The notes under the pieces were generated by a model. That model had not been told where the DNA came from and made no database searches. It worked only from the letters and a program-made list of their open reading frames with translations. A DNA stretch of 64,000 nucleotides, taken from NCBI GenBank assembly GCA_037927135.1, contig JAXSPP010000003.1:40373-104372 (forward strand). The letters run 5' to 3'. The DNA comes from Candidatus Pampinifervens sinense. GTDB taxonomy: Bacteria; Aquificota; Aquificia; Aquificales; Aquificaceae. The stretch's first letter is position 1, and every line of letters starts with the position of its first letter. Made by a program: the position numbers and the translations under genes. Below, in pieces: positions 35,522 through 45,031 of this stretch.

Positions 35522-36582
35522 TGGTGGAGATAATAAAAAAGTACCTAAGACTAAGAAGGGGAGGAATATCCTACTATGACCTTTCCTTTGTCCTTCTTGA
35601 ACTCTCCATGCTTTTAGAATCGGGTCTAAACCTTATGAGGGCCCTTGAGGTAGTAGCCTCTCAATCTACCAACAGTAGGATAAAAGAAGCCCTTATAGAA
35701 GTCAAATCTTCCATGGAAGGTGGAGAGACCTTATACAGAGCCTTTTCAAAGGCTGGAGTCTTTCCAGAGTTTTTCCTTGAGATGCTAAAGGTGGCAGAAA
35801 GGGGAGAAAACCTTGAAAAGATACTGCGTATAGCGGGAGAATATCTTCAAAAGACAGAGGAGAATAAGATGAAAATGCTTACTGCCCTTGCCTATCCTTC
35901 CTTTGTTATAGTTGCGAGCCTGCTTGCCCTTTTTGTGGCCGTAAAGTTTGTAGTTCCCAAGATAGCAAGCGTCCTTCAAGGCCTTGGCAAGGACCTACCT
36001 CTTATCACAAAAGCCCTTCTTTTCCTTTCTTACCTTCTTTCCTATGCAATTTACCTTTTGCCAGTTTTTGTAATACTTTACCTTTTTAGGCATAGGCTAA
36101 TAAGCAAAGAGCTTTGGGACAAGTATTTTCTTATGCTTCCTATCTTTGGCAAGGTATCCTTCTACTACAACCTTTCGCGCCTTTCTGGCACCTTACTTAT
36201 GGCCTTGTCCTCTGGCATTCCATTGCCTAGGGCCATAAGCCTCAGCCTTGGAAGCCTAAGTAATGCCTATCTTAGATACTCCCTCTCTGGTGTGGACAAG
36301 GAAGTCTCTAAGGGAAGGAGTCTTAGCATGGCCCTAAAAGAAAGGCAGGTGCTTCCAGATACCTTTATAAACCTCTTGGCCCTTGGTGAAAAGAGCGGTG
36401 AGCTAGAAAGAAGCCTTAAGATGCTTCAGGATATGTATGAAAGGCAGGCAGAAAGGATCATAGCCTTTTGGCTTAGGTTTGCAGAGCCTATAGCTATGCT
36501 TTTTGTAGGCCTTTTGGTGGCCCTTATAGTCCTAAGCGTGGTTTTACCGCTTAGCGAGATATCCACAGGAGTAAAAAGGTAG
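35521..36582 (+). CDS. gspF: Type II secretion inner-membrane platform protein F
   Basis: LLESGL, AERGENL, ALAYP, LPLIT, GEKSGEL and EP motifs; N-terminus shorter than typical. Confidence 0.88.
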   Translation: MVEIIKKYLRLRRGGISYYDLSFVLLELSMLLESGLNLMRALEVVASQSTNSRIKEALIEVKSSMEGGETLYRAFSKAGVFPEFFLEMLKVAERGENLEKILRIAGEYLQKTEENKMKMLTALAYPSFVIVASLLALFVAVKFVVPKIASVLQGLGKDLPLITKALLFLSYLLSYAIYLLPVFVILYLFRHRLISKELWDKYFLMLPIFGKVSFYYNLSRLSGTLLMALSSGIPLPRAISLSLGSLSNAYLRYSLSGVDKEVSKGRSLSMALKERQVLPDTFINLLALGEKSGELERSLKMLQDMYERQAERIIAFWLRFAEPIAMLFVGLLVALIVLSVVLPLSEISTGVKR

Positions 36583-36598
36583 ACTTTATAATTTTCCT

Positions 36599-36999
36599 AT
36601 GAGGCAAAAAGGCTTTACACTCATAGAACTTTTGGTGGTTATCATCATCCTTGGCATACTGGCAGCCATAGTGGTTCCAAGGATAACGGGAAGGGTGGAT
36701 GAGGCAAAGATTGAGGCTACCAAAGTTCAGATGAAGGCCATAAAGGATGCCTTGGAACAGTATAAACTTGACAACGGCTTTTATCCCACCACTGAACAAG
36801 GGTTAAAGGCCCTTGTGGAAAAGCCCACCATCCCACCCATACCCCAAAGGTGGAGGCAGTATCTGGACAAGCTTCCAAAGGATGCTTGGGACAGGGATTT
36901 TATATATATGTCACCAGGGGTAGGAAGGCCATATGAACTGAGGTCTATGGGCCTGATGGAAAGGAAGGCACGGAAGACGATATAGATGTGTGGCAATAG
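36599..36999 (+). pseudogene. gspG: Major pseudopilin GspG with an apparent single-base frameshift near the 3' end (real or assembly error)
   Basis: G^[28 protein letters not shown] and PKDAW; the conserved ending [16 protein letters not shown] (stop 36997-36999) is in another frame after ATGGGCCT at about 36947-36954. Confidence 0.85.
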
Positions 37000-37291
37000 A
37001 GGCTTTACCCTTCTTGAGCTTTTGGTGGCGTTTGTGGTGCTTGCAGTGGGCTTTTCTGTAGTCTTTGAAGTTTTATCCTTTGCAAGGCTTGAATATTCAA
37101 ATGCTTATGAACTCTCCGAGGACCTAATAAAGCTCAATAACGCTCTGGTGGAAGGAAAAACAGAAGGCTTGGAGGTGGAAAGGAAAAGCCTTGAGGATTA
37201 TCCACAGCTGGAAGAGATAAGCTACAGGCTTGGGTCTGCGGAAGTATTTATCTATAAATTAAAAGATGAAAAGGGCCTTTACCCTCATTGA
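36986..37291 (+). CDS. Minor pseudopilin (GspI-like)
   Basis: Class III signal RG^FTLLELLVA with E+5. Confidence 0.8.
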   Translation: MCGNRGFTLLELLVAFVVLAVGFSVVFEVLSFARLEYSNAYELSEDLIKLNNALVEGKTEGLEVERKSLEDYPQLEEISYRLGSAEVFIYKLKDEKGLYPH

Positions 37292-37751
37292 AGTGCTTTT
37301 GGCTTTGACCCTAATGGGCCTCTTCTTTGCCTTGCTTTCCTATAGCTTTTACTCTTCTTTGCGTAGCTCCTACCTTCTCTCCCAGTCTTCACAGCTTACA
37401 AAGGAAGAGATCTTACTCTTTTGGGACCTTCAAAGAAAGCTAATAGGTGCTACAGACATCTACTTAAGAAAGGACGCTATCTTTATGATAACTTCTTCCG
37501 GAGATTACTATCAAGGCATAGTAAAGTGTGCATAAGTATACAAGGATGGCTGGCTTTATTACTATGAGTTTCCCTATCCTTATGGTGATATAGCCTTTTA
37601 TGAGGAGGACAGACTTATAAAGCTTGGGAGGTTCAAGAACCTTTCCTTTAGGGCCTTTTCCAATGGAAGCTACTATGAGGAGTTTAGAGGTCTTCCTCAG
37701 TGGGTTGAAATGTCTTTTGATGGAAAGCTTTTGAGGGTAGGTTTACAATAA
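37266..37751 (+). pseudogene. Minor pseudopilin (GspJ-like) interrupted by an in-frame TAA
   Basis: RA^FTLIEVLL; TAA at 37533-37535, then the same frame stays open for 71 more codons (VYKDGWLYYYEFPYPYG...LPQWVEMSFDGKLLRVGLQ*) to 37751. Confidence 0.75.
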
Positions 37752-37756
37752 TTAAC

Positions 37757-38500
37757 ATGCTTGTGTTTTACCCTTTGCTTCTTTTGTCCTTTTTTGTGCT
37801 TATACTATTGTATATTTGGATAGCAAAGGATATTAAAATTGTGCCGCCAGATTTAAAAAGGGAAAGCCTTCAAGTTTCAAGCCTTTTTTCAAAGTTTGAA
37901 AGCCTCTATCCAAAGAAGGAGGAAAAGCCCACATCCATTAAACTGCTTGCCACGGCCACAGGTTCTTTGCGCCTTGCCCTCATTGAAGTGGATGGCTCCA
38001 CTCAAACTGTAAGGATAGGTTCAGAAGTGAAGGGCTACAGAGTAGTGGATATAGAAAGGAACTATATAGTCTTGTCAAGGGATAAGAATAGGCTTGCCGT
38101 AGGCTTTGGCTTTAAATCTGGAGAGCCTCCTATGCAAGCTTCAAAAATCCTATCCCCCACGCCACAAGCCACAAAGAGCCTCCAAGCTAGCGTATCAAGG
38201 GAAGAACTCCAGCGCATCACCGCAGATCCTGGCGTAATGTTTAGGCAGATAAGGCTTGTGCCCTTTGTGCAGGATGGAAGGACGAGGGGCTTCCTCTTTG
38301 AGTGGATAGAGCCAGAAAGCATCTTTGAAAGGGCTGGCATAAAGCCTGGAGATGTGCTACTTTCTATAAACAACCAAGAGATAAAAAGTGGTGAGGATGC
38401 CTTTAGAATATTGCAGGTGCTAAGGAATGAAAACAGTATAAAATTGAACTTGCAGAGGGGAAGCGAAATTATAGAATTGCTTTTGAGGGTGGAAGGATGA
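37757..38500 (+). CDS. gspC: Type II secretion protein C (TM, HR and PDZ domains)
   Basis: N-terminal TM, HR-like beta region, PDZ domain SIFERAGIKPGDVLLSIN. Confidence 0.85.
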   Translation: MLVFYPLLLLSFFVLILLYIWIAKDIKIVPPDLKRESLQVSSLFSKFESLYPKKEEKPTSIKLLATATGSLRLALIEVDGSTQTVRIGSEVKGYRVVDIERNYIVLSRDKNRLAVGFGFKSGEPPMQASKILSPTPQATKSLQASVSREELQRITADPGVMFRQIRLVPFVQDGRTRGFLFEWIEPESIFERAGIKPGDVLLSINNQEIKSGEDAFRILQVLRNENSIKLNLQRGSEIIELLLRVEG

Positions 38501-40473
38501 AAAAGATTGTGGCTTTTCTTTTGCTTTTCTTCCTCTTTGTGCCAGCCTGGTCTCAGGATGCGGAAGCTATTCAAAGGCAAGCCCAAGAGCAAAGAAGAAC
38601 AGGAAAGGTCTTCCTCAACTTCCAAAATGCGGACATTTCTTTAGTGGTAAAGTTCATGTCGGAGCTTACGGGCAAAAACATAGTGCTTGACCCCAACGTG
38701 AAGGGAACTATAACCATAAGCTCTGCCAAGCCTGTGAGCATAAAACAAGCCTGGGAGCTTTTTGTCATGTCCCTTACCCTTCAAGGCTACGGTGTGGTGG
38801 AGGACAAAAACTTTGTGCGCATACTTCCTATAGCTCAGGCTGTTCCTCTGGCGGAGCCAAAAAGGCCTACCACCGGCGCAGATGTGATCCTTTACCTTTA
38901 TACCGCAGAAAACACCCAAGCCCAACAGCTCCAGCAAGCCATACAGCCTTTTCTCTCTCCCTTTGCCAAAGTGGGAGTCCACACTCAGTCCAACACCCTC
39001 ATAGTGGCAGACATTGCCAAAAACATAGAGAAGATAAAGGGTATACTCAAAGAGCTTGACTCTCCACAAAGAGGTCTAAAGGTAAAGCTATACCCACTCC
39101 AAAAGGCTAAGGCGGAAAATGTTTTGCAGAGCCTTCAGGGTGTGCTAAGCACCCTACAACAGCAAACTGGTGCGCCAAGTGTGGCCACCATAAGCAAAGA
39201 TGCCAACGCCATAGTGGTGGTGGCAAGGGAAGACATTCAAGCCATAGTAGAAGAGATAATAAGAACCATAGACCAATCCACGCAGACCACAGAAGACAGA
39301 AGCTTTTATGTAATCCCCTTAAAGTTCATATCGGCGGAGGAGCTCCACAAAAGCCTTCAAAGCCTTCTTACAGGTGTGGTCCCTACTGTGGCACAGCCCA
39401 CTCCTCAATACCAAGCGCAACCGGTGGATATAAAAGGACTTGAAACGCCCTTGCAAAAGCCCAAACCTCCCCAGCCTCAGCCCCAGCCCATACCACCTAT
39501 ACAGACAAAGGAAGGCATGCGCATAGGCTTTGACAGAGGAACCAACTCGGTGCTTATATACGCCACTCCACAAGAGTTTGAAAGCCTAAAGGCCCTTATA
39601 GAAAAGCTTGATGTGAGAAGGAAGCAGGTGCTAATAGCTGCCTCTGTGGTGGAGATGTCCACAAGTAAAGCCTTGGATATTGGTGTGCGTTGGCAGGTCC
39701 TTGGTTCAAAGGGTGGTGCTGGCTTTGGTGTGGGAAGCCTTCAGGACATATACAGTTCAATGCTTGCGGGAAGCTTTATCCTTGGCTTTATAAACAACGT
39801 AGGGAAGACCATCACCATAGGCGGTGTTAACCTCTTCTTCCCAGACTTGGTGCTTCTCTTTTCCCTTTTAGAAAAGGGCACGGGCTTTAACCTTATCTCA
39901 AACCCAAAGGTGCTCACCCTTGACAACCAGCCAGCGGAGATAAAAGTGGGCCAGGTAATACCCTATGCCTCCGGCGTAAAGTTTGATATAAACGGACAGC
40001 CCGTTATAACCTACGACTATAAGGAGGTGGGCCTTAACCTAAAAATCACACCCACCATAGCGGAGAACAACCTAAGGCTCACCATAAACCTACAGGTGCA
40101 GGAGATAGTGGATTTTATAAGGCCTCAGGTGGGACAGCTAAGCTATGCGGTGCCTATAACTTCCAACAGACAGGTCAATTCCGACGTGGTAGTAGAAAAC
40201 GGACAGACCATCATAATAGGCGGGCTTATAAACAATAGGACCATAAACACCGTAGAAGGTGTGCCGGGCCTAAAGGATATTCCACTTTTTGGAAGGCTCT
40301 TTAGAAGAGATACCAAAACGGAGGATAAGGTCTCCCTCTTTATATTCCTAACTCCCTACGTGATAGAAAAGCCAGAGGACCTAAGCAGGATAACCCAAGA
40401 ACATCAAAAACTGGCAGAGGAACTGAGAAAACTTTTAGAAAAGCAGGGGAAGAATGAAAAGGATAAGCCTTAA
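38497..40473 (+). CDS. gspD: Type II secretion secretin D
   Basis: LNFQNADI, DPNVKGTIT, LDVRRKQVLI, NPKVLTLDNQ, VGLNLKITP and VPGLKDIPLFGRLF motifs. Confidence 0.95.
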   Translation: MKKIVAFLLLFFLFVPAWSQDAEAIQRQAQEQRRTGKVFLNFQNADISLVVKFMSELTGKNIVLDPNVKGTITISSAKPVSIKQAWELFVMSLTLQGYGVVEDKNFVRILPIAQAVPLAEPKRPTTGADVILYLYTAENTQAQQLQQAIQPFLSPFAKVGVHTQSNTLIVADIAKNIEKIKGILKELDSPQRGLKVKLYPLQKAKAENVLQSLQGVLSTLQQQTGAPSVATISKDANAIVVVAREDIQAIVEEIIRTIDQSTQTTEDRSFYVIPLKFISAEELHKSLQSLLTGVVPTVAQPTPQYQAQPVDIKGLETPLQKPKPPQPQPQPIPPIQTKEGMRIGFDRGTNSVLIYATPQEFESLKALIEKLDVRRKQVLIAASVVEMSTSKALDIGVRWQVLGSKGGAGFGVGSLQDIYSSMLAGSFILGFINNVGKTITIGGVNLFFPDLVLLFSLLEKGTGFNLISNPKVLTLDNQPAEIKVGQVIPYASGVKFDINGQPVITYDYKEVGLNLKITPTIAENNLRLTINLQVQEIVDFIRPQVGQLSYAVPITSNRQVNSDVVVENGQTIIIGGLINNRTINTVEGVPGLKDIPLFGRLFRRDTKTEDKVSLFIFLTPYVIEKPEDLSRITQEHQKLAEELRKLLEKQGKNEKDKP

Positions 40474-41095
40474 ATCTCTGTTTTTATATACCTTTTTGAG
40501 CCTTTTACTTTTCTTTGTGCTTCTTTTTTTAACACTTCCCAAGTTTTTGATCCTTGATAAGATACTTTTGAAAAATGGCTTATACCTGACGGCGCAAAAA
40601 GTAGAAGAGGGGCTTACACATATAAGCTTGAAGGGTGTTAGCCTTTACGATCAGAGCTCCAAGCTTGTGCGCTTTGATTCTCTTAAAATAAGCCTTTCTC
40701 CCTTTGGGCTTAGCCTTTCTGGCTTGTGTGATGGAAAGAGCCTTTATGTGGAGTGGTCCTTGGGTGCAAAGAAGCTAAGGGCTAAAGACTTTACCTGCCT
40801 TGGAGATGTGGAAAGCTTATCGGGAGATATACTTATCAAAGATGGCCTTTATGGCAAGCTGGAGATAAAGGGCCTAAAGGCTCAAGAGCTAAAGCTGGAG
40901 GAGCTAAGCCTTGATTTCAAAGGTAGGGTCTTTACAGCAAAGGGGAGGGCCATGGGCTTTAACTTAGTAGGCGACGGACAGATAGTTTATAACCCTTCAA
41001 ACCCTCTAAAATCTGCCATAAACGGCCAGGTCTCCGGCGGTGGCACGAGGCTTGTTATAAGCGGAAGCCTTGAAAGACTGGAAATAAAAAGGTAA
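40454..41095 (+). CDS. GspN-like T2SS accessory protein
   Basis: N-terminal TM ending in TLP, beta-rich body, position after gspD. Confidence 0.55.
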   Translation: MKRISLKSLFLYTFLSLLLFFVLLFLTLPKFLILDKILLKNGLYLTAQKVEEGLTHISLKGVSLYDQSSKLVRFDSLKISLSPFGLSLSGLCDGKSLYVEWSLGAKKLRAKDFTCLGDVESLSGDILIKDGLYGKLEIKGLKAQELKLEELSLDFKGRVFTAKGRAMGFNLVGDGQIVYNPSNPLKSAINGQVSGGGTRLVISGSLERLEIKR

Positions 41096-41105
41096 AATCT
41101 TTACA

Positions 41106-41276
41106 GTGGATGTCAAAATCCTGGTAAACGGTAAAGAGGTAAGGCTAAAGGACTATCCTAAAAGGGTGCTTTATAACCTACTTGTGGGCTATGTAAAGAG
41201 CCTAAACCTTGAGGAAGAGCCAAGAGAGATTGAGGTGTATGTCAGGCTCAAGGAAGAGGATTGTAGAAAGTCTTAG
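41106..41276 (+). CDS. Small protein, 56 aa (not in the ORF track), resembling the C-terminal extension of some MobB proteins
   Basis: GTG start 7 nt after TAAAAT; MDVKILVNGKEVRLKDYPKRVLYNLLVGYVKSLNLEEEPREIEVYVRLKEEDCRKS*. Confidence 0.7.
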   Translation: MDVKILVNGKEVRLKDYPKRVLYNLLVGYVKSLNLEEEPREIEVYVRLKEEDCRKS

Positions 41277-42219
41277 CTTTGAGGTTCAAGAAGAGCATGA
41301 GGGCCTAAGGCTTGACCAGTTTTTGGCAAAGGTCTACCCAGACTTTTCAAGGAGCTACCATCAAAGGCTCATTGAAGAAGGATATGTATACTTGGACGGA
41401 AAAGTTTTAGACAAACCAAGTAAAAGGCTAAAAGTTGGCCAGCGTGTGCAGCTTTTGGTGCCAGAGCCAGAGCCTTTGGAGGTCCTTCCAGAGAACATAC
41501 CATTGGATATAATCTACGAGGACGATCATATACTTGTGCTTATAAAGCCCTGCGGTCTTGTGGTCCACCCCTCCCCGGGCTACACTTCTGGAACCCTTGT
41601 CAATGCCCTTTTATACCATGTTAAAAACCTCTCCTCCATAGGTGGTGTGGAAAGGCCCGGCATAGTGCATAGGCTTGACAAAAACACCATGGGCCTTATG
41701 GTGGTGGCAAAGACGGACATAGCCCACAGAGGCCTCTCAGAGCAGTTCAAAGAAAGGAAAGTAGAAAAGTTTTACAGGGCCCTTGTTAAGGGCCTGCCAG
41801 AAAGGGATTACTATCTAATAGAGGCGCCCATAGGAAGGCATCAGACAGACAGAAAGAAGTTCGCCATAAGGGAGGAGGGAAAGCCTGCCAAAAGCGAGGT
41901 TTGGGTGTTGGAAAGATTTTACCGCCAAGGCATAAGCCTTTTAAAGGTAAAGATACACACGGGAAGGACGCACCAGATAAGGGTACACTTATCTTCTTTG
42001 GGCTTTCCCATCCTTGGAGACACCACCTATGGCTTTAAGAGAAGCTCCGTAGACAAAAGGCTACTTCAGACCCTTGGCAATTGCCACATGCTCCTTAGCT
42101 ATCATCTCTCCTTTGAGCATCCCCAAACAGGACAAAAGCTCACCTTTGAAATACAAGAGCCAGAACCCTTCAAAAGCACCTTAGCTCTCATAGAAAAGCT
42201 TGAAGAAGAGCTCTCTTAG
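41239..42219 (+). CDS. rluD: RluA-family pseudouridine synthase with S4 domain (RluD-like)
   Basis: RLDQFLA S4 domain, KP.GLVVHP, GIVHRLDK.T.G and TGRTHQIRVH motifs. Confidence 0.92.
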   Translation: MSGSRKRIVESLSFEVQEEHEGLRLDQFLAKVYPDFSRSYHQRLIEEGYVYLDGKVLDKPSKRLKVGQRVQLLVPEPEPLEVLPENIPLDIIYEDDHILVLIKPCGLVVHPSPGYTSGTLVNALLYHVKNLSSIGGVERPGIVHRLDKNTMGLMVVAKTDIAHRGLSEQFKERKVEKFYRALVKGLPERDYYLIEAPIGRHQTDRKKFAIREEGKPAKSEVWVLERFYRQGISLLKVKIHTGRTHQIRVHLSSLGFPILGDTTYGFKRSSVDKRLLQTLGNCHMLLSYHLSFEHPQTGQKLTFEIQEPEPFKSTLALIEKLEEELS

Positions 42220-43281
42220 TCTTTGCACCACACCCTCTCCACCAAGAACCTGCCTTAGCCTCTTAAACTCAAGCCTTTGGCTTTCCTTCCAATCCTCCTT
42301 CAGCTCCGAGAAAAACCTACACAAAGCCTCTGGACTTTTTTGAACCATCTCGGGCACCACATCCCTCTGGAGTATAAGGTTTGTGAGGGCTATGTTTTTT
42401 ACCTTAACAAGAAGCCTCCCAAGAAGATAGGTTATAGGGCTAACCCTATAAAAGACCACATGAGGAGAGTCCAAAAGGCTTGCCTCAAGCTCCGCAGTGC
42501 CACTGGCAAGAAGCGTAAAATCCGCATAAGCCATAGTGTTGTAAGAAGCCCTATCCAAGTCCCTGTTGGTTATGACCCTTATTGGAAAGCCTGCAAACTC
42601 CCTCTCTAAGAAATCCCTAAAAGCCTCAAAGGTAGGAACAACCATAGGCTTTTCCACCCTCAGACATCTTAGCACCTCCTTCAGATAAGGCACATGCCTT
42701 TTTATCTCACTCCAACGGCTTCCCGGAAGCAAAGCCACATAGTCCTCAAAGCCAAGAAAACTCCTCATAGCCTCTTTGCTTAGGCTTGGCTTTGCCAAAT
42801 CCACAAGAGGATGCCCCACAAAATGCACCCTAAAGCCTTCCCTTGCGTATTTTCTGTAAAAGTCCACCTCAAAGGGAAGTATCACAACAAGATGGTCTAC
42901 AAGCTCCGATATTAGCCTTGCCCTGCCCTCCTTCCAAGCCCAAACCTGTGGAGAGATAAAGTAGATAATTTTTCTCACCTTCCCCTTAGCCCTCTTGAGA
43001 AGTGGCAAATTAAAGGCAGGAGCATCACACAAAAGGAGCACATCCACCTCAGGAAGAAGAGCCTCTATCTGTCTCCAAAGCCTGTAGACCTTTGGAATTT
43101 TTGGAAGAGCCTCTACAATACCCACCACGGAAAGCTCCTCTATGCGTGCAAGGCTTTTAAAGCCCAAAGACTCTAACCTCTCATCGGTTATGCCAATAAA
43201 CTCCACACACCCAAAGTCCTTGAAAATCTCATAAACATAGTTGCTTGCAGACCTTTCCCCCAGAGAAACAAAAACCCTCAT
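42181..43281 (-). CDS. lpxB: Lipid-A-disaccharide synthase
   Basis: D.PAFN, SPQVWAW, ILPFE, FVGHPL, LLPGSR..E and SGTA.LE motifs. Confidence 0.94.
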   Translation of the reverse strand: MRVFVSLGERSASNYVYEIFKDFGCVEFIGITDERLESLGFKSLARIEELSVVGIVEALPKIPKVYRLWRQIEALLPEVDVLLLCDAPAFNLPLLKRAKGKVRKIIYFISPQVWAWKEGRARLISELVDHLVVILPFEVDFYRKYAREGFRVHFVGHPLVDLAKPSLSKEAMRSFLGFEDYVALLPGSRWSEIKRHVPYLKEVLRCLRVEKPMVVPTFEAFRDFLEREFAGFPIRVITNRDLDRASYNTMAYADFTLLASGTAELEASLLDSPHVVFYRVSPITYLLGRLLVKVKNIALTNLILQRDVVPEMVQKSPEALCRFFSELKEDWKESQRLEFKRLRQVLGGEGVVQRLRELFFKLFYES

Positions 43282-43694
43282 TCAACCTTTGCAAAAGCCC
43301 CAAAGAGCCCTTCACCCTTCCTCTCTATCCTAACCCTTACACCCTCCAACCTCACAAAAAAGGCATAGGAAACCTCCACCCTACCAGAGCTCCTCACGCT
43401 TACATACCTCTCCGCCCAGCAGTCCTCCAAGGCATTCCTAAAGGTCGCCTTCAAATAAGCCCCATCATGATGCTCCATAATCTCTGTGTAGACCACCTCC
43501 ATGTAGTTATTCTCCTCCACCGCAGACCTCCACAAGCCCTCAAGCCCAGCGTCAGAAACCTCAAAGGACACACCAAACTCCAAATCCTCTGGGTCCACAT
43601 CCTCAAGATACTCCTCTACCTTTGCCCTCAACACACCACAAAGCTCCCTTACCCTATCAAGCGAGGTCTGTCTGTAGGTTTCGTCTATAGGCAT
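43278..43694 (-). CDS. Hypothetical acidic protein
   Basis: 138-aa ORF with an ATGA overlap into lpxB and a -10-like TATCAT 6 nt upstream. Confidence 0.6.
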   Translation of the reverse strand: MPIDETYRQTSLDRVRELCGVLRAKVEEYLEDVDPEDLEFGVSFEVSDAGLEGLWRSAVEENNYMEVVYTEIMEHHDGAYLKATFRNALEDCWAERYVSVRSSGRVEVSYAFFVRLEGVRVRIERKGEGLFGAFAKVE

Positions 43695-43720
43695 AGAATT
43701 ATGATAACATTAAAGTAGCA

Positions 43721-45028
43721 GTGGTTGGATATTTAAGAGAGCTTTTCAATACCAAAAGGCAGGAAAGGGTCTTAGAGGCGGTAGTTAAGTCTTCCCTTAT
43801 AAACCTCCTTGCCCGTGGCTTTGGCTACTTTAGGTCTGTTGCCATAGCAGTCCTTCTTGGTTTTAGCTACCAAACAGATGCCTTCTTTATGGCACTTTCT
43901 TTGATAGGCATATTTCTCATCTTCGTTGATGTCTTTGACTCTGTTGGAGTGCCAGAGCTTGTAAAGGCAAGAATGAAGTCAGAGGAAGAGTTCAAGAAAA
44001 TTGCAGGTCTTCTCTTTACCTTTACCTTTACCATCTCCATAGCCATAACCCTCTTGGCACTTCTATTGATGCCCTTTGTTCTGAAAATCCCAGCAGGTTT
44101 TTCTGAAAACGCCCTGCAGGCAACAGAGGTCTCCTATCTTATTCTTCTACCTTATCTGTTCTTTAATTTCTACTTTCACCACTTTGGAGCAGTTCTTAGG
44201 GGTCAAAGAAGGTTTACCGCTTACTTTTTGGGAGAGTTAGTAGCATCCTTTTTTGCTTTTATCTTCACTCTTCTTGGACTTTTCCTCTACAAGGACTACA
44301 AAATACTTCCCATAGGATTATCATTAGCGTATCTTTTGGGAACTATTTACATGCTATATATAGGAAGAGAATACATTCACTTTCATCTCTTTTATAACGA
44401 AACCACAAAAAGACTTCTCTCTCATTTCCTACAGCTCCTTGCAGTTTATGGAGTTCTTCACCTCTACATACTCGTTGACAGAGCTTTTGCTTCTTTTCTT
44501 GGAGAGAAAAATGTTTCCGCTTTATACTACGGTCTCTTGCTTGCATCCGCACCAAGGGGAGTTCTAAAGTTTGAAAACATAGCCATAACTTCCCTTTCTG
44601 AGTCTCAAGGTTCCATTAAGAAGTTGGACTTTTACATAAAGAAGTTACTTCTTTTGACCCTGCCCGTATCCGTCTTTCTTTTCCTATTTTCACCCATAGT
44701 GGTTAAGCTCTTCTTTGGCTATGGAGCTTTCTCAAAGGTGGATGTAGAGCTTACCGCAACAGCCCTTAGGTTTTATGCCCTATCTTTGCCCTTCATGTTC
44801 TTCTGGCCCCTAATATACAGGGTATTCCAGATAAGAGGCAAGCTTTTGCCTGTGGGAGTTGTGGGTGCAATAGGTGTAGTGGCTAACGCCCTTTTTAATT
44901 ATCTCTTTGTCTTTGTTTTCAATTTAGGTATTGCAGGCATATGCCTTGGCACTTTCTTTGCATATGTGTTTATTTGCACTCTTGGCTATTTTATGCTAAG
45001 ATATTATGACAAGAGAGCGTGGGGGTGA
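43721..45028 (+). CDS. MurJ/MviN-like (MOP family) lipid-linked glycan flippase
   Basis: ARGFGYFRS.AIA.LLG...TDAFF N-terminal signature, GYGAF, about 12 TM helices; heads the glycan cluster. Confidence 0.8.
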   Translation: MVGYLRELFNTKRQERVLEAVVKSSLINLLARGFGYFRSVAIAVLLGFSYQTDAFFMALSLIGIFLIFVDVFDSVGVPELVKARMKSEEEFKKIAGLLFTFTFTISIAITLLALLLMPFVLKIPAGFSENALQATEVSYLILLPYLFFNFYFHHFGAVLRGQRRFTAYFLGELVASFFAFIFTLLGLFLYKDYKILPIGLSLAYLLGTIYMLYIGREYIHFHLFYNETTKRLLSHFLQLLAVYGVLHLYILVDRAFASFLGEKNVSALYYGLLLASAPRGVLKFENIAITSLSESQGSIKKLDFYIKKLLLLTLPVSVFLFLFSPIVVKLFFGYGAFSKVDVELTATALRFYALSLPFMFFWPLIYRVFQIRGKLLPVGVVGAIGVVANALFNYLFVFVFNLGIAGICLGTFFAYVFICTLGYFMLRYYDKRAWG

Positions 45029-45031
45029 AAA

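Noticed and set aside
37533..37535. Programmed readthrough or recoding of the gspJ stop
   Set aside because: The codon is TAA, not TGA or TAG, and TAA ends many other genes here; a nonsense mutation or sequencing error is simpler
39400..39510. Pro/Gln-rich stretch in GspD (KPKPPQPQPQPIPP)
   Set aside because: Falls where secretins usually have a variable low-complexity N3 loop; not a perfect DNA repeat
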